Shown: piece after piece, positions 18,374 through 28,661 of the stretch
Position numbering within the stretch: position 1 is the stretch's first letter
How the letters are laid out: the number at the start of each line of letters is the position of its first letter
Source of the DNA: an uncultured Candidatus Saccharibacteria bacterium
Lineage (GTDB): Bacteria; Patescibacteriota; Saccharimonadia; Saccharimonadales; Saccharimonadaceae
NCBI GenBank assembly: GCA_963539345.1
Contig: CAUTLS010000001.1
Location: 1 to 58,326, forward strand
Reading direction: 5' to 3'
Length of the DNA stretch: 58,326 nucleotides
The notes under the pieces: generated by a model
Seen by the model: only the letters and a program-made list of their open reading frames with translations
Told to the model about the DNA's origin: nothing
Database searches by the model: none
Program-made: the position numbers and the translations under genes

Positions 18374-19852
18374 TTACTCCCTATACATTTTGTGATTTTT
18401 TATCCACCCACCGTCAGTGCGAATGAGCCGATTGTTTAGCTGGCCGTCTTCTAATAATTTTTCTTTCACCGAGGCGTAGACGGGGATGGTGAAAGAAAAA
18501 ATTGAGCCCTGATTCTCCTGGCTGCGCGCGGAGATGCTGCCACCGTGAGATTCGACAAAGGCTTTACAGATGTATAGGCCGATGCCCGTGCCGGCCACTG
18601 TCTCGCGTGATCGGTGTGAGCGGTAAAATTTACGAAAGAGGTTTTTGATCACGCCAGCTGGCATGCCGACGCCGTTGTCTGAGACGGAAACTTCTACAAA
18701 TTCGCCTTTTTGCACGGCAGAAACTTGGACAACTCCGCCTTCGAAACTGTATTTGATGGCATTGTCGATGAGGTTGGAAATCACTTCCCCGATGCTACCA
18801 CGGTCGGCTGCTACGGTCGGTAAATCGCTGGGGATGGATACATTCAACATGCGGTGCTGAGCTGAGGCGCGCAGCTGCATGTCGTCAGCGATGGTGGCGT
18901 AAATGGCTTCCAGTGTGTCCTCGCGCAGATGCACGTACAGGTGGTGCCGATCGAACTTTGAAACGTTGAGGATGTTATTGATATAGCTGGACAAGCGGTT
19001 GGCAGAAACGGTCAGACGATTGAACAATTGTGGCTCATCATCCCGCAGGCGGTCGTGAAGTTCTTGCTCCAAGATGTCCAAGTAACCGCGGATGACGGTG
19101 ATGGGTCCGCGGAGTTCGTGCGCAGCAAAAGCGATGAAATTGAGATCCTCTTCTTCGGGCAGGTATTTAGCGGAGCGATCAAAGAGGATGATGACCGTTT
19201 CGCCGGCTGCACCTTTTTCGTAGGAAGCGCTGACGTCGTAGAACTTTTGTGGCGCGGAGGTTTTGGATTGAGCTGGTACACGTGTCCACTGGTGGTGAGC
19301 GGTGATGTTGTCTTTGGCGACTTCTTGGATCCACTCGTTGATGGAAATTTCGTCAATAAAGTCCAGCCCTAACGTCAGCACACCGTCCATGTTGGAGACC
19401 ACAGGCGCGGTTTCATTGGCAAAGATGATGTTTTTTTGGTGGTCCAATACGACAATGCCGCACGGAGTGTGATTGAACGACTGAATGATGGCGTCAAGTT
19501 GAGACGAAGCTTTTTTGGCAGTTGGTTTGGCGGGCGCACCGTTGGTATATATAGCCTCAAGCACAGTCTGAAAACCAGTGCGTGCGTGTGCTGGCGAGTT
19601 GATCTTGACTGGCTTTTCGGCGGTTAGCTCCCCTGTTTTGTAAGCCGCAGCGTAGAGGATGTCGCGCATCGGTTTGCTGACGGATGGTGTGATGGCAACG
19701 GCGCCAATGATACCCCCAACTGCGCCGAGCAGGATGATGATGTACCAATTAACTTCAACGGCGGCCAGGTTCGTCAATATGAGATGAGTGATGGTGGCAA
19801 AAGCAGCGGCGATGCCGACAGGCAGCAGCAATAGCAATACCGACCGACGCAT
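18374..19852 (-). CDS. Sensor histidine kinase
   Basis: 2 TM helices, AHELRGP, NLIDNAIKY, DNGVG, GTGIGL. Confidence 0.93.
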   Translation of the reverse strand: MRRSVLLLLLPVGIAAAFATITHLILTNLAAVEVNWYIIILLGAVGGIIGAVAITPSVSKPMRDILYAAAYKTGELTAEKPVKINSPAHARTGFQTVLEAIYTNGAPAKPTAKKASSQLDAIIQSFNHTPCGIVVLDHQKNIIFANETAPVVSNMDGVLTLGLDFIDEISINEWIQEVAKDNITAHHQWTRVPAQSKTSAPQKFYDVSASYEKGAAGETVIILFDRSAKYLPEEEDLNFIAFAAHELRGPITVIRGYLDILEQELHDRLRDDEPQLFNRLTVSANRLSSYINNILNVSKFDRHHLYVHLREDTLEAIYATIADDMQLRASAQHRMLNVSIPSDLPTVAADRGSIGEVISNLIDNAIKYSFEGGVVQVSAVQKGEFVEVSVSDNGVGMPAGVIKNLFRKFYRSHRSRETVAGTGIGLYICKAFVESHGGSISARSQENQGSIFSFTIPVYASVKEKLLEDGQLNNRLIRTDGGWIKNHKMYRE

Positions 19853-19890
19853 GTAATATCGATTGTAGTCGCGAATCGATCGGCGACGGG

Positions 19891-20988
19891 TTACTGCCAT
19901 GCAATGCTTCCTCGCCCCGGTGTAAAGGCAGCGATCCATGTCTGGCCTCGGTTCAGCGCGATGTCTTTGCCAGCGGCGTCAACTAATTTCAATTCGGCGC
20001 TTTCGTTGTCACGCTTCCAGGTGGCTTGAGCTACAACGCCATTTTGGAAAATATATGCTTTGCCGGTGCCTACGGTGATGACGTCTTCGTAACCTTCGCG
20101 ACTGCCTGGGCGATGCTCAACGTTCACCTCCAGCGCTACGATGCTGTTTGGCGCAATTTGCCCAGCCTCGGCGTCACTGTGTGGCTGCCCTGCCAGCGTG
20201 CGAGCGTAGGTATTTGATTCTTTGTTGTAGGTGTAATTGGTGTTAAATAGCGGACCACTGAAATTGATGGCAACCTGAGTTGCATTTGGTGTTTCAGCAG
20301 GCTTGCCATCGGCACGCTTGAATCCAGTGAATACTGATTCGTTGTGGCCTTTGGCAGTGTTGGTTTGGTCAATTTTCTCGCCTGAGGTGTAAGCATTGTG
20401 TGGTGCGCGTCGATTATTGGCCCGCCAGTATGAATTGCCATTGCTGAATTCGTCGATGTCGTGATATTTACCGTTGCGAACTGTACTCAGGGCGTTGGCG
20501 CTACCACCGACGTGGAAAATTGAGGCCTTGTACGGCGTTGACCACTGCAAATAGTACAGGCGCAAGCTGCGCACTGGGCCAATTTTGGCCGGCTTATTTC
20601 CCTGGTACAACGCGAAGAAACGAGTGATACCACCTTCGGCGACAGCTTCGTAAACGATGCCGGCTTTTGATAGTCCAGACTGTGGTCGTGCGTTAGGGCT
20701 ATTTTCGACAATTACACCAGCGACGGGAGCTTTGACCGCATTAGCATCAGCCACCTCCAGACCGGTGAGTGACGAGTAAAACTTCTCTTTTGGCTTTTTG
20801 GTGCCAGCGAAAAATGGCGAACCACTGTCTGATTGGACGGAATACATGGCGATGATGAAGATAATTGCGACAACTGCCGCGCCCACGACAAGTGCTAGCG
20901 CCAAATGGTGCTTGTGGACCCACTGAGTGAACGCTTTGAATTTAGAGTGATTGATGAGTTTATCCTGAGGAATTCGAGGCTTTTCCAT
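19891..20988 (-). CDS. DUF3048 (YerB-like) membrane-anchored protein
   Basis: ENSPNARPQSGL, EGGITRF, IGPVRS, APHNAY, GQTWI. Confidence 0.88.
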   Translation of the reverse strand: MEKPRIPQDKLINHSKFKAFTQWVHKHHLALALVVGAAVVAIIFIIAMYSVQSDSGSPFFAGTKKPKEKFYSSLTGLEVADANAVKAPVAGVIVENSPNARPQSGLSKAGIVYEAVAEGGITRFFALYQGNKPAKIGPVRSLRLYYLQWSTPYKASIFHVGGSANALSTVRNGKYHDIDEFSNGNSYWRANNRRAPHNAYTSGEKIDQTNTAKGHNESVFTGFKRADGKPAETPNATQVAINFSGPLFNTNYTYNKESNTYARTLAGQPHSDAEAGQIAPNSIVALEVNVEHRPGSREGYEDVITVGTGKAYIFQNGVVAQATWKRDNESAELKLVDAAGKDIALNRGQTWIAAFTPGRGSIAWQ

Positions 20989-21023
20989 ATGATTAGTATA
21001 GCATGTCGCTTATGCTAATAAAA

Positions 21024-21644
21024 CTAAGACAGCGTGCGCCGGCCTTCAAGCGCGTGCGACAACGTGATCTGGTCGGCGTACTCCAGGTCGACTCCCACGG
21101 GGATGCCGCGAGCCAGTCGCGAAACAGTCAGCGTCAAGCCAGCTTCTTGGATGTACCGTTGCAGAAACAGCGCAGTGGATTCACCCTCGACTGAAGCATT
21201 GGTGGCAATGATGATTTCAGTGACGCCGTCGTTTTTGATGCGCTCAATCAGCTCAGGGATATGAAGCTGCTCTGGTCCGATGCCGTCAATTGGTGAAATT
21301 GCTCCACCTAAAACGTGGTAGGTGCCGTCAAACTGACCAGTGCGCTCCAATGCCATGATATCCAGCGGTTCTTCGACGACGCAGATGAGCTGGCGATTGC
21401 GGCGACTGTCAGCATAAAGCGGCGACACGTCATCGCCATCGTCAATCAGCGCAAACGTCACCGGACAGGTTTTGACGCGTTGATGCAACTCATTTAAAGC
21501 TTGAGCTAACCTTTTGGATTGTCCTGGCTCGCGCCGCAAAGCAGCATAAGCGTAGCGTTCGGCAGTTCGCGGACCAACTCCCGGTAGATTACCAAATTCA
21601 TCAATCAACGCCGTCAGCGCTTTTGGCAAAATATGAGCACTCAT
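21024..21644 (-). CDS. recR: Recombination protein RecR
   Basis: LPGVGPRTAER, YHVLGGAISPIDG, EGESTA, RLARGIPVG. Confidence 0.96.
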   Translation of the reverse strand: MSAHILPKALTALIDEFGNLPGVGPRTAERYAYAALRREPGQSKRLAQALNELHQRVKTCPVTFALIDDGDDVSPLYADSRRNRQLICVVEEPLDIMALERTGQFDGTYHVLGGAISPIDGIGPEQLHIPELIERIKNDGVTEIIIATNASVEGESTALFLQRYIQEAGLTLTVSRLARGIPVGVDLEYADQITLSHALEGRRTLS

Positions 21645-21652
21645 TATTGAGA

Positions 21653-21943
21653 TTAGATGCCCAGGTTACCCAAGCCGCCCATCAATGGCTTCATTGTTTC
21701 AGCAGCAACTTCTTGAGCTTTTGCCAAGCCATCACGCACCGCAATTTGAATCCAGTGCTCAAGCTGTTCGATGTTGTCTAGGTCTACCATATCAGGATTA
21801 ATCTTGACTGATTTGATTTTCAATTCACCAGTGATCTGAACGATGACTGCACCGTCGCCAGCCTCTACTTCGATGATTTCTTTACCGAGTTGTTTTTGTG
21901 CTTTACGTAGCTGTTGCAGCATTTTCACCTGATCAAAAGCCAT
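21653..21943 (-). CDS. ybaB: YbaB/EbfC nucleoid-associated protein
   Basis: EAGDGAV motif; synteny with recR and dnaX. Confidence 0.88.
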   Translation of the reverse strand: MAFDQVKMLQQLRKAQKQLGKEIIEVEAGDGAVIVQITGELKIKSVKINPDMVDLDNIEQLEHWIQIAVRDGLAKAQEVAAETMKPLMGGLGNLGI

Positions 21944-21981
21944 AATGTTCCTCCTTCAATTAACTCACTTATTATACCGCA

Positions 21982-23454
21982 TTATTCACTAAGTTTGTAG
22001 ACATAAAACCGATCGCCCGCCTCAGCCCAATCATTGGTGATGACGCGCGTGATAGTTCCTGGGATGCCAGTGATATTTTGGCGAGCAGCGCGCGTGACGA
22101 CTACTTCTTCTTGAGCACCCTCTGCTGGCAGGCCGTCGCTGATGGATATTGCCCTATTATGCTTATTCATGTGGCTGGACAAAGCGTCGTACAGCGGTTT
22201 TTCGGCAGCTGCCACGACGAATATATATTTCTTGTTTGCGGTGTCGCGCAGTAGTGTGTCACGCACAAGACTCAAATCTTTGGAATGTTCGCGCACGGCG
22301 TCGGGTAGATCGTGGTAACTGTGGACGTATCGATTGACGCCGCTTAGGGTCATGACACCGACCAAGATGATCATTAGTACGAGTCCGGTGCCGCGCGCAT
22401 ATGGGTTCTTTGGGAATAATCGATACCATTCATACAGCAGTCGTTCTACGCCAGTAGCCAGCAAGATAAACATTGGCACAGAGATGATCATATTGACTTG
22501 AGGCGCCAGGGCGAGTAGCGGCAATGACAAAAATAGCCAAATGTTGACCACGTAGGACCGAGCGGTGTGCCAGTTGCGGAAAGTGATGATCATACCAAGG
22601 AACATTAGCGCTACGGTGCTGACGTCAATGGCTGGCAGTACTTGCCCGTTGGAGATGTATGGCACTGGCCAGAAATAGGTTCGAACGATAATCTTGAGGT
22701 TTGCTAAGACATCAAAGTTGAGTGATGACCAGCCTGATACGTCCAGTAAGAAGCTGTGATGTTTCAGGCAGAAATACACCAGTGGCGCGCTTACCAGCAG
22801 AAAGACGATGAATGCTGGCGTCCAGCTGGCGCGATATTTTCGTGAAACGATGATGTAGCGTGTATATGGGTGCAATAATGCTACCAAGATGAGACCAAGG
22901 TTGAGGTACCAGAAAAATGGCGTGTATAGGCTAGCGGCCATGACGGCGGCGAGGAGGATTTTCCAGAGTTGGGCGAACTTGGCTTTTTGGATGATGAGGC
23001 TGGCGAACAGCAAAATCAATGACGCCGTGGTGATGTAGATGATGCCAGGGGTGAAGCTTTGTGCTAAGTAGATGAATTGACCAGTGGCGATCATGAGAGA
23101 AAGTGACAGCACGGCGATACCTGGTTTGAACCAGTGCCTGAGGAGGAAAAAGAGTGCCAGAGCTGCCAAACACATCAGTGTGATGGCTGGTAACTTGATG
23201 GTGAGTGTGCTGACACCAAATAGCAAGAACAGTGCCGCTTGGAACGCGTGTAGTGGCAGATTGACGATGGACCAATTGCCTTCCATGAGCAAGTTGGTTC
23301 GTGCGACCATGTTGATTTCTGATTGGCTGATGCCACCTGGCGCGTACAACAATGCCACGCTAATGACTGCAGAAAATATCAGTATCAAAGCACTATAGCC
23401 CCAAAGATAGCGCCAACGGTAAAGAAACAGATGAGACAGAGTTTTCTTTTTCAC
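21982..23454 (-). CDS. Polytopic membrane protein, GT-C (ArnT/PMT-like) glycosyltransferase
   Basis: About 11 TM segments; LFGVSTLTIKLP motif; soluble C-terminal domain. Confidence 0.65.
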   Translation of the reverse strand: MKKKTLSHLFLYRWRYLWGYSALILIFSAVISVALLYAPGGISQSEINMVARTNLLMEGNWSIVNLPLHAFQAALFLLFGVSTLTIKLPAITLMCLAALALFFLLRHWFKPGIAVLSLSLMIATGQFIYLAQSFTPGIIYITTASLILLFASLIIQKAKFAQLWKILLAAVMAASLYTPFFWYLNLGLILVALLHPYTRYIIVSRKYRASWTPAFIVFLLVSAPLVYFCLKHHSFLLDVSGWSSLNFDVLANLKIIVRTYFWPVPYISNGQVLPAIDVSTVALMFLGMIITFRNWHTARSYVVNIWLFLSLPLLALAPQVNMIISVPMFILLATGVERLLYEWYRLFPKNPYARGTGLVLMIILVGVMTLSGVNRYVHSYHDLPDAVREHSKDLSLVRDTLLRDTANKKYIFVVAAAEKPLYDALSSHMNKHNRAISISDGLPAEGAQEEVVVTRAARQNITGIPGTITRVITNDWAEAGDRFYVYKLSE

Positions 23455-23478
23455 TGCGGTTTATTATAGCATGTTTCG

Positions 23479-24834
23479 TTAATCATGTCGTCTGTCGAGA
23501 CTCATGAAGCGGAGGCGTTCTGGGTGGAAGTATAACTGGACTTTGCCGACAGGACCGTTACGGTGTTTGGCGATGATGAGGTCGGTGATATTTTGAACTT
23601 CTGGGTTGTCTGGCTCGTAGTAGCCTGGACGGTAGATAAAGCTGACAATGTCGGCGTCCTGCTCAATGGAGCCGGACTCACGCAGGTCGGCCAGCTGTGG
23701 AATTGGTGGCGTGCGCGACTCGACGGAACGGCTCAGCTGACTCAGGGCGATCAGCGGCACGTTAAGCTCACGAGCGATCAACTTTAGGCCGCGGGAAATT
23801 TCCGACACTTCCTGAACGCGGTTGCCGTTGTGATTGTTGGTGGCCTGCATCAGCTGCAGGTAGTCAACGATGATCAGGCCAATTTCGCCCTCGTGTGCCA
23901 AACGGCGAGCTTTGGTACGCATTTCCAAAATGCTGAGGCCTGGCGTGTCATCGATGTAAATCGGCGCTTCGGCCATCTCGCCCATGGCCTCAGACAATTT
24001 GGCGAAATCGTTATCGCTCAAGTTTCCGGTGCGAATATTCCAGCTGTCAACACCTGATGCGTCCGCCAACATACGGTCGACTAATTGCTCTTTGCTCATC
24101 TCGAGGCTGAAAAATAGCACCGGCTTTTTCTCAATTGTTGCCACGTTGTACGCCAAGTTGGTCACCAGCGTGGTCTTACCCATGGCTGGACGAGCCGCCA
24201 GGATGATCAAGTCGGAACGCTGCAGCCCAGCGGTCATGTTGTCGAGGTCGCGGTAACCAGTGCGAATGCCACGGAGTGTGTCTTTGTTACGATGTAGCTC
24301 TTCGATTCGGTCAAAGCTGTCAGTCAGAATATTTTCCAGGCTAATCAAGTCTTGCTTGAGTGATTGATCGGAAACGCTAAATAGTTCAGCTTCGGCCTTC
24401 TCCAATAGTTCTTGGGTGGTTGTCGATTCGTCATAGCCTAGCTCAGTGATGTCGGCGCTGGCTTTGATGAGTCGGCGTCGTACGGCTTTTTGCTCCACCA
24501 TCTCAGCATAGGCTTCAGCGTGTGCAGCGGTCGGCACGTAGTTGGTGAGCTCTGTCAGGTACGCCGAGCCACCGATAAGGTCCAACTCATCTTTGCGTTT
24601 CAGCTCATCTGTCAAGGTCAACAGGTCGACTGGCTTGTGCTTTTCAAACAAGCGCATCATCCCGGCGAAAATCAGTCCATGATTTTTATCGTAAAAATCA
24701 GCAGGATGCACGTGCTCAGTCGCATCTGCTAAGACTTCTTCGTCGATCAAGATCGCGCCCAGCAAACTCTTTTCGGCGTCCAGGTTCTGCGGTGGCAGTT
24801 TGCCCGATGATGTATGTTGACTTGCTTCACTCAC
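23479..24834 (-). CDS. dnaB: Replicative DNA helicase
   Basis: PPQNLDAE, ARPAMGKT, DYLQL, SQLSR, DLRESGSIEQDAD. Confidence 0.98.
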   Translation of the reverse strand: MSEASQHTSSGKLPPQNLDAEKSLLGAILIDEEVLADATEHVHPADFYDKNHGLIFAGMMRLFEKHKPVDLLTLTDELKRKDELDLIGGSAYLTELTNYVPTAAHAEAYAEMVEQKAVRRRLIKASADITELGYDESTTTQELLEKAEAELFSVSDQSLKQDLISLENILTDSFDRIEELHRNKDTLRGIRTGYRDLDNMTAGLQRSDLIILAARPAMGKTTLVTNLAYNVATIEKKPVLFFSLEMSKEQLVDRMLADASGVDSWNIRTGNLSDNDFAKLSEAMGEMAEAPIYIDDTPGLSILEMRTKARRLAHEGEIGLIIVDYLQLMQATNNHNGNRVQEVSEISRGLKLIARELNVPLIALSQLSRSVESRTPPIPQLADLRESGSIEQDADIVSFIYRPGYYEPDNPEVQNITDLIIAKHRNGPVGKVQLYFHPERLRFMSLDRRHD

Positions 24835-26310
24835 TTATAATTCCTCCAACTTCACTTCTTCGCCACCGCCCATCATAGCAGCGATTTCTGCCAATTTTTC
24901 GTCTTCAGGTGGTTTCTTCTCTCCAATTATATCAATTTCCAGCTCCATTCCCGCTTCTGCGGTGATGATTGCTGCCAGTAATGGTCGATTTTTGGCATCA
25001 TCCAATTTTTTCTTGTAAAACGTGCTGCCCGCAAAAATAGTTAGTTTATCTCCGTCAAACGCCCACTGACTTTTCTGGAGCAGTGATGATAGGCCGACTG
25101 ATTTCTCCTTGGCTTGTTCGATCACCTTGTGCCAATCCAGCTCTAGTGGTGTATCAGATTTACGTGGTTTTGTGGGCGATTTTTTAGCTGGCTGAGCTGG
25201 TTTGGTGTCTTTGCTTTCGGACGTTTTTTTCACTGGTTCAGCTGACTTGATGCTTTGGCTTTTTGGTGACTTTTCTGCTGACGATGCTGGCTTGGCTGGT
25301 GTCGAAATGACGGTTGGCGTTGCCGTGACGGCCTGGGCAACTGTCTTCTTCGGCCTGACTGGCTGAGCGTGATGTTTCATGAAAATAGTCAATAATTTCA
25401 GGTCGGGGTGTGGGTGGCGATCAACTTCGATGAGCTGCTGGATGAGCTCAACAAGCTCTGGATTTGTGCGCAGTCTGGCGCGAGCGATTGACAATAGCTG
25501 GTGCGACACCACAGTCGGGCTGATGCCACTTTGCTCTAGCTCTTGCAGAATGCTAAGGATGCGCGCAGTGTCCTCTGATTGATATACATCAAGGAGTTCT
25601 TTCAGCGTGGCTGCGTCGCTTAAGCCCAAATATTCAGTAACCATGGCGACGGTCAGTGGCTGATCGGGTGTAGCTAAGATTGACAATTGATCGAGCATAC
25701 TGATGCCGTCGCGAAACCCGCCGCGCGAGCGCTCAGCGATCAGCCGAGCAGCGTCCGCCTCGATGGCAAAGCCCTCTTTTTCGGCGATGGCCATCAGCTG
25801 GCGTGCCATGACATCGACTGAGATGGGATGAAAGAAAAATTGCTGGACGCGGCTGAGAATGGTGGCGGGCAGCTTGTCGGCGTCGGTGGTAGCCAGGATA
25901 AAAACTACGTGTGCTGGCGGCTCCTCCAAGGTCTTTAATAGTGCGTTGAAGGCGGGCTTGGACAGCATGTGGACTTCGTCAATGATGTAGATCTTCTTTG
26001 GCGCGGAAACGGGCGCGACTTGTGCTTTCTCGCGCAGGGCGCGGATGTCGTCGACGCCGTTGTTGCTGGCGGCATCAATTTCGATGATATCCAGGTGCGA
26101 GGCTTCCTCATCATACGGCAACTGATTAATCTCATGCGCCAAAATGCGCGCTACGCTGGTCTTTCCCACGCCGCGCGGACCCGTCAGCAAATACGCATGG
26201 GCGATTTTTCCCTGCTCCAGCGCTCGGCGCAAAATGTTGGTCACGTGATCTTGCCCCAACACCTCGTCCAAGCTACGACTGCGATATTTGCGGTACAGTG
26301 CTTGACTCAT
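24835..26310 (-). CDS. dnaX: DNA polymerase III gamma/tau
   Basis: LYRKYR, GPRGVGKT, EIDAAS, DEVHML, TILSR. Confidence 0.97.
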   Translation of the reverse strand: MSQALYRKYRSRSLDEVLGQDHVTNILRRALEQGKIAHAYLLTGPRGVGKTSVARILAHEINQLPYDEEASHLDIIEIDAASNNGVDDIRALREKAQVAPVSAPKKIYIIDEVHMLSKPAFNALLKTLEEPPAHVVFILATTDADKLPATILSRVQQFFFHPISVDVMARQLMAIAEKEGFAIEADAARLIAERSRGGFRDGISMLDQLSILATPDQPLTVAMVTEYLGLSDAATLKELLDVYQSEDTARILSILQELEQSGISPTVVSHQLLSIARARLRTNPELVELIQQLIEVDRHPHPDLKLLTIFMKHHAQPVRPKKTVAQAVTATPTVISTPAKPASSAEKSPKSQSIKSAEPVKKTSESKDTKPAQPAKKSPTKPRKSDTPLELDWHKVIEQAKEKSVGLSSLLQKSQWAFDGDKLTIFAGSTFYKKKLDDAKNRPLLAAIITAEAGMELEIDIIGEKKPPEDEKLAEIAAMMGGGEEVKLEEL

Positions 26311-26352
26311 TACTTATGTATTATAGCGCAAAGTGCGGGATTAGTAAGCTCT

Positions 26353-27102
26353 TTAGCGGTCAGGAATGGGAACTTCTTCACCACTTTCTAAAATCATGGT
26401 CTTTCTTGGCCATAGTTCTATCGGTCTGTCAATATACGGTAAGTCAGTTGCTTCTGCGATGGCCCGCATAGCCATGTCTATCGGTGCACGTAGGGCCTGG
26501 CGTCGAGATTCGTGATCTGTCGAAGTGACATAATGTCTGTACGCTGCTGTATAGTCGATAGGATCACCCAGAGTAACGTGGATTTGCTCATCTTGTGGCA
26601 TGTATGCATCCAGATCAGTAGGCCACGGTTCGTAGCGAATACCTACTGGCAATAAGTTAGGCTCCACCCCCCCTACATTTGCGTCAAATAAAATTCGTGA
26701 CGCACCCGTTCGCCCTTTGGTTACCTGAGCGTCACCTGTGTATGCACCTTCTGGAAAGATGAGCAGTGAGCGTCCGTCAAGTAACGCTCGTCTGGCCATT
26801 TCGAGCCCAGCTTTCAAATATTCTTTTCCGCCATGTACTTCAAGTGGTATCGTATGCAGCGCATTTTCTATAACCAATCGTCGCACTGCCGTGTCCACAG
26901 AGCTATTTTTATACGCCAATCGTGAGCTAATGACAACGTCGCAATCCTCCGGCAGACTTGCTGGTATGGCAAAGATATCGCGCATACAAGCATGATTGGC
27001 GACGAATACATTCGGGCCTTCTGGTATGTCGTCAAAGCCATGAGTAGTAATTGCCATTTCCCGCCCTATGGTCTGTAAGAGCGGTTTCTTTCCCCTGCTC
27101 AT
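26353..27102 (-). CDS. Lysophospholipid acyltransferase (PlsC family)
   Basis: NHACMRD (HX4D), IFPEG, GRTG, LPVGI. Confidence 0.85.
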   Translation of the reverse strand: MSRGKKPLLQTIGREMAITTHGFDDIPEGPNVFVANHACMRDIFAIPASLPEDCDVVISSRLAYKNSSVDTAVRRLVIENALHTIPLEVHGGKEYLKAGLEMARRALLDGRSLLIFPEGAYTGDAQVTKGRTGASRILFDANVGGVEPNLLPVGIRYEPWPTDLDAYMPQDEQIHVTLGDPIDYTAAYRHYVTSTDHESRRQALRAPIDMAMRAIAEATDLPYIDRPIELWPRKTMILESGEEVPIPDR

Positions 27103-27692
27103 ACCTGCCTCGCTTTCAAAGCTTGCTTAACAACGCGCGCCACTAAGCGATGTCCTTTTGCTGAAAAATGAATACCATCCGACAGTGGTATGAATGGCAG
27201 CTCAATGTACTCACCAAGCGCCTCCTTATTCTGCAAGATTTCTTGTCGTATAGCTTCTGATTGTTCGGTGAATTCTGGACCAGAATCTTCACCAGTTGAA
27301 AATGCTGGCGGTAAGATATATATAACGTCAGCACCGTGAGCTAGTTTTTGATAATCTGTCAAATCGTGAATGATAGCTTGCGCCGTCCTGTTGTATTGCT
27401 GCTGCAAGTCATTGGTGCCAAGGGCGATGATGACGATGTCCACATTGCCCGCCTGTTGCAAAGCTTCTGCAAACGTATGTTTACCATTTTTATACGGCTT
27501 TGCCTTACAGAAATCTCCCGCTACACGGCCCGATAGTCCATTTGCAATGATATGCGCTTTGCCTCGTAATTCTCGCTTTAGGCGGTTGACCCATCGATCG
27601 CTATACCGCACTCGCGGCCCCCCAAACGTGTCTCCCCAGACGTTAGAATCGCCATAAATAAAAACCCTTTTGCTTGCGTGGTTGCTACTCAT
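27099..27692 (-). CDS. GDSL/SGNH lipase-esterase
   Basis: YGDSN, GLSG, LGTND, DGIH. Confidence 0.9.
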   Translation of the reverse strand: MSSNHASKRVFIYGDSNVWGDTFGGPRVRYSDRWVNRLKRELRGKAHIIANGLSGRVAGDFCKAKPYKNGKHTFAEALQQAGNVDIVIIALGTNDLQQQYNRTAQAIIHDLTDYQKLAHGADVIYILPPAFSTGEDSGPEFTEQSEAIRQEILQNKEALGEYIELPFIPLSDGIHFSAKGHRLVARVVKQALKARQV

Positions 27693-27728
27693 ATATAAAC
27701 TCCGTTTTTCATATTATACCATGTTCTG

Positions 27729-28601
27729 TCAAAACAGCGTCAGTTGCGTGTTAGGTATCTCAAGATCAACCGTACCCTGCGCTGTTTGCGCCCGGTGTCC
27801 GATAAACCTTTTCACGTTATACGCCAGTAGTTGCCCGTCATATTCAGTGATGAGCACTGAGCCGATGACGCTAACAACCGTGCCAGCCAAGACTGTATTA
27901 CTTGTCATATCAATCAAACTGCTGAGGTCTCGACCCTCAGTATGAAAATAATCTTCGCACATAATGAGCGTTCGGCTTGGGAAATCCAGCCCCAGTTTTT
28001 GCTGAATACGCACCAATGCGTCAGCTAGGGCTTGTTCCGCCGTCGCGGCATCGAGCGGCTGCTTGATCAGCCCCAGTTTTTTACTGGCAGCCACCGTCTC
28101 CATGATGCCATTCAGACTGGCAATTTTCGCCTCATATTGCCGGGCGATCAATGCCGAAGCGAACGTCTCCAGTTTCAATGCCACGCGTGCTCCCTGTTCT
28201 AGCAGCCGACGAATACCGCGCGCTTCCTGCGAAATGCCGACCTTGATCACCTCTGGTGAAAAATACGCCAAATACAAAAAATGTGGAGTTTGATTGATCT
28301 TTTCCTGCTGCACCGACACCGAATCAGCATGATAAAACGCTGGATTAAACCCAGTTCGGTTACGACATTTCAAACAATTTTCATATTTCTCATCGACCGT
28401 CGCGCCGTCAGGACAAGCCTGGCTGCAGTGATTGTCAAAATCCACCCAGCCCGTACAATATTTGGTCGAAACATCAAACGCCAGTGACAACTTCTGCCCC
28501 ACAACATCACCACGCTCAATCTTGCCATCGATCTGCCACTCTAAAAATGGCCGATTCTCAGCGTCAAAGCTAGCGTAGCTTAGTAAAAACTCCTCAGGCA
28601 T
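27729..28601 (-). CDS. DUF2797-like protein
   Basis: Cys cluster; PHFLYLA, KVGIS, RLLEQGA. Confidence 0.75.
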   Translation of the reverse strand: MPEEFLLSYASFDAENRPFLEWQIDGKIERGDVVGQKLSLAFDVSTKYCTGWVDFDNHCSQACPDGATVDEKYENCLKCRNRTGFNPAFYHADSVSVQQEKINQTPHFLYLAYFSPEVIKVGISQEARGIRRLLEQGARVALKLETFASALIARQYEAKIASLNGIMETVAASKKLGLIKQPLDAATAEQALADALVRIQQKLGLDFPSRTLIMCEDYFHTEGRDLSSLIDMTSNTVLAGTVVSVIGSVLITEYDGQLLAYNVKRFIGHRAQTAQGTVDLEIPNTQLTLF

Positions 28602-28661
28602 AGCACAATTATATCAAAAACCGCCCGGCAACTGCGCGGACGGTTTCAAGTGCAAAATAGT

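Noticed and set aside
25222..25232. A7 run in the dnaX linker as a gamma/tau frameshift site
   Set aside because: Not the A_AAA_AAG motif, short for transcriptional slippage, and no obvious stimulatory hairpin
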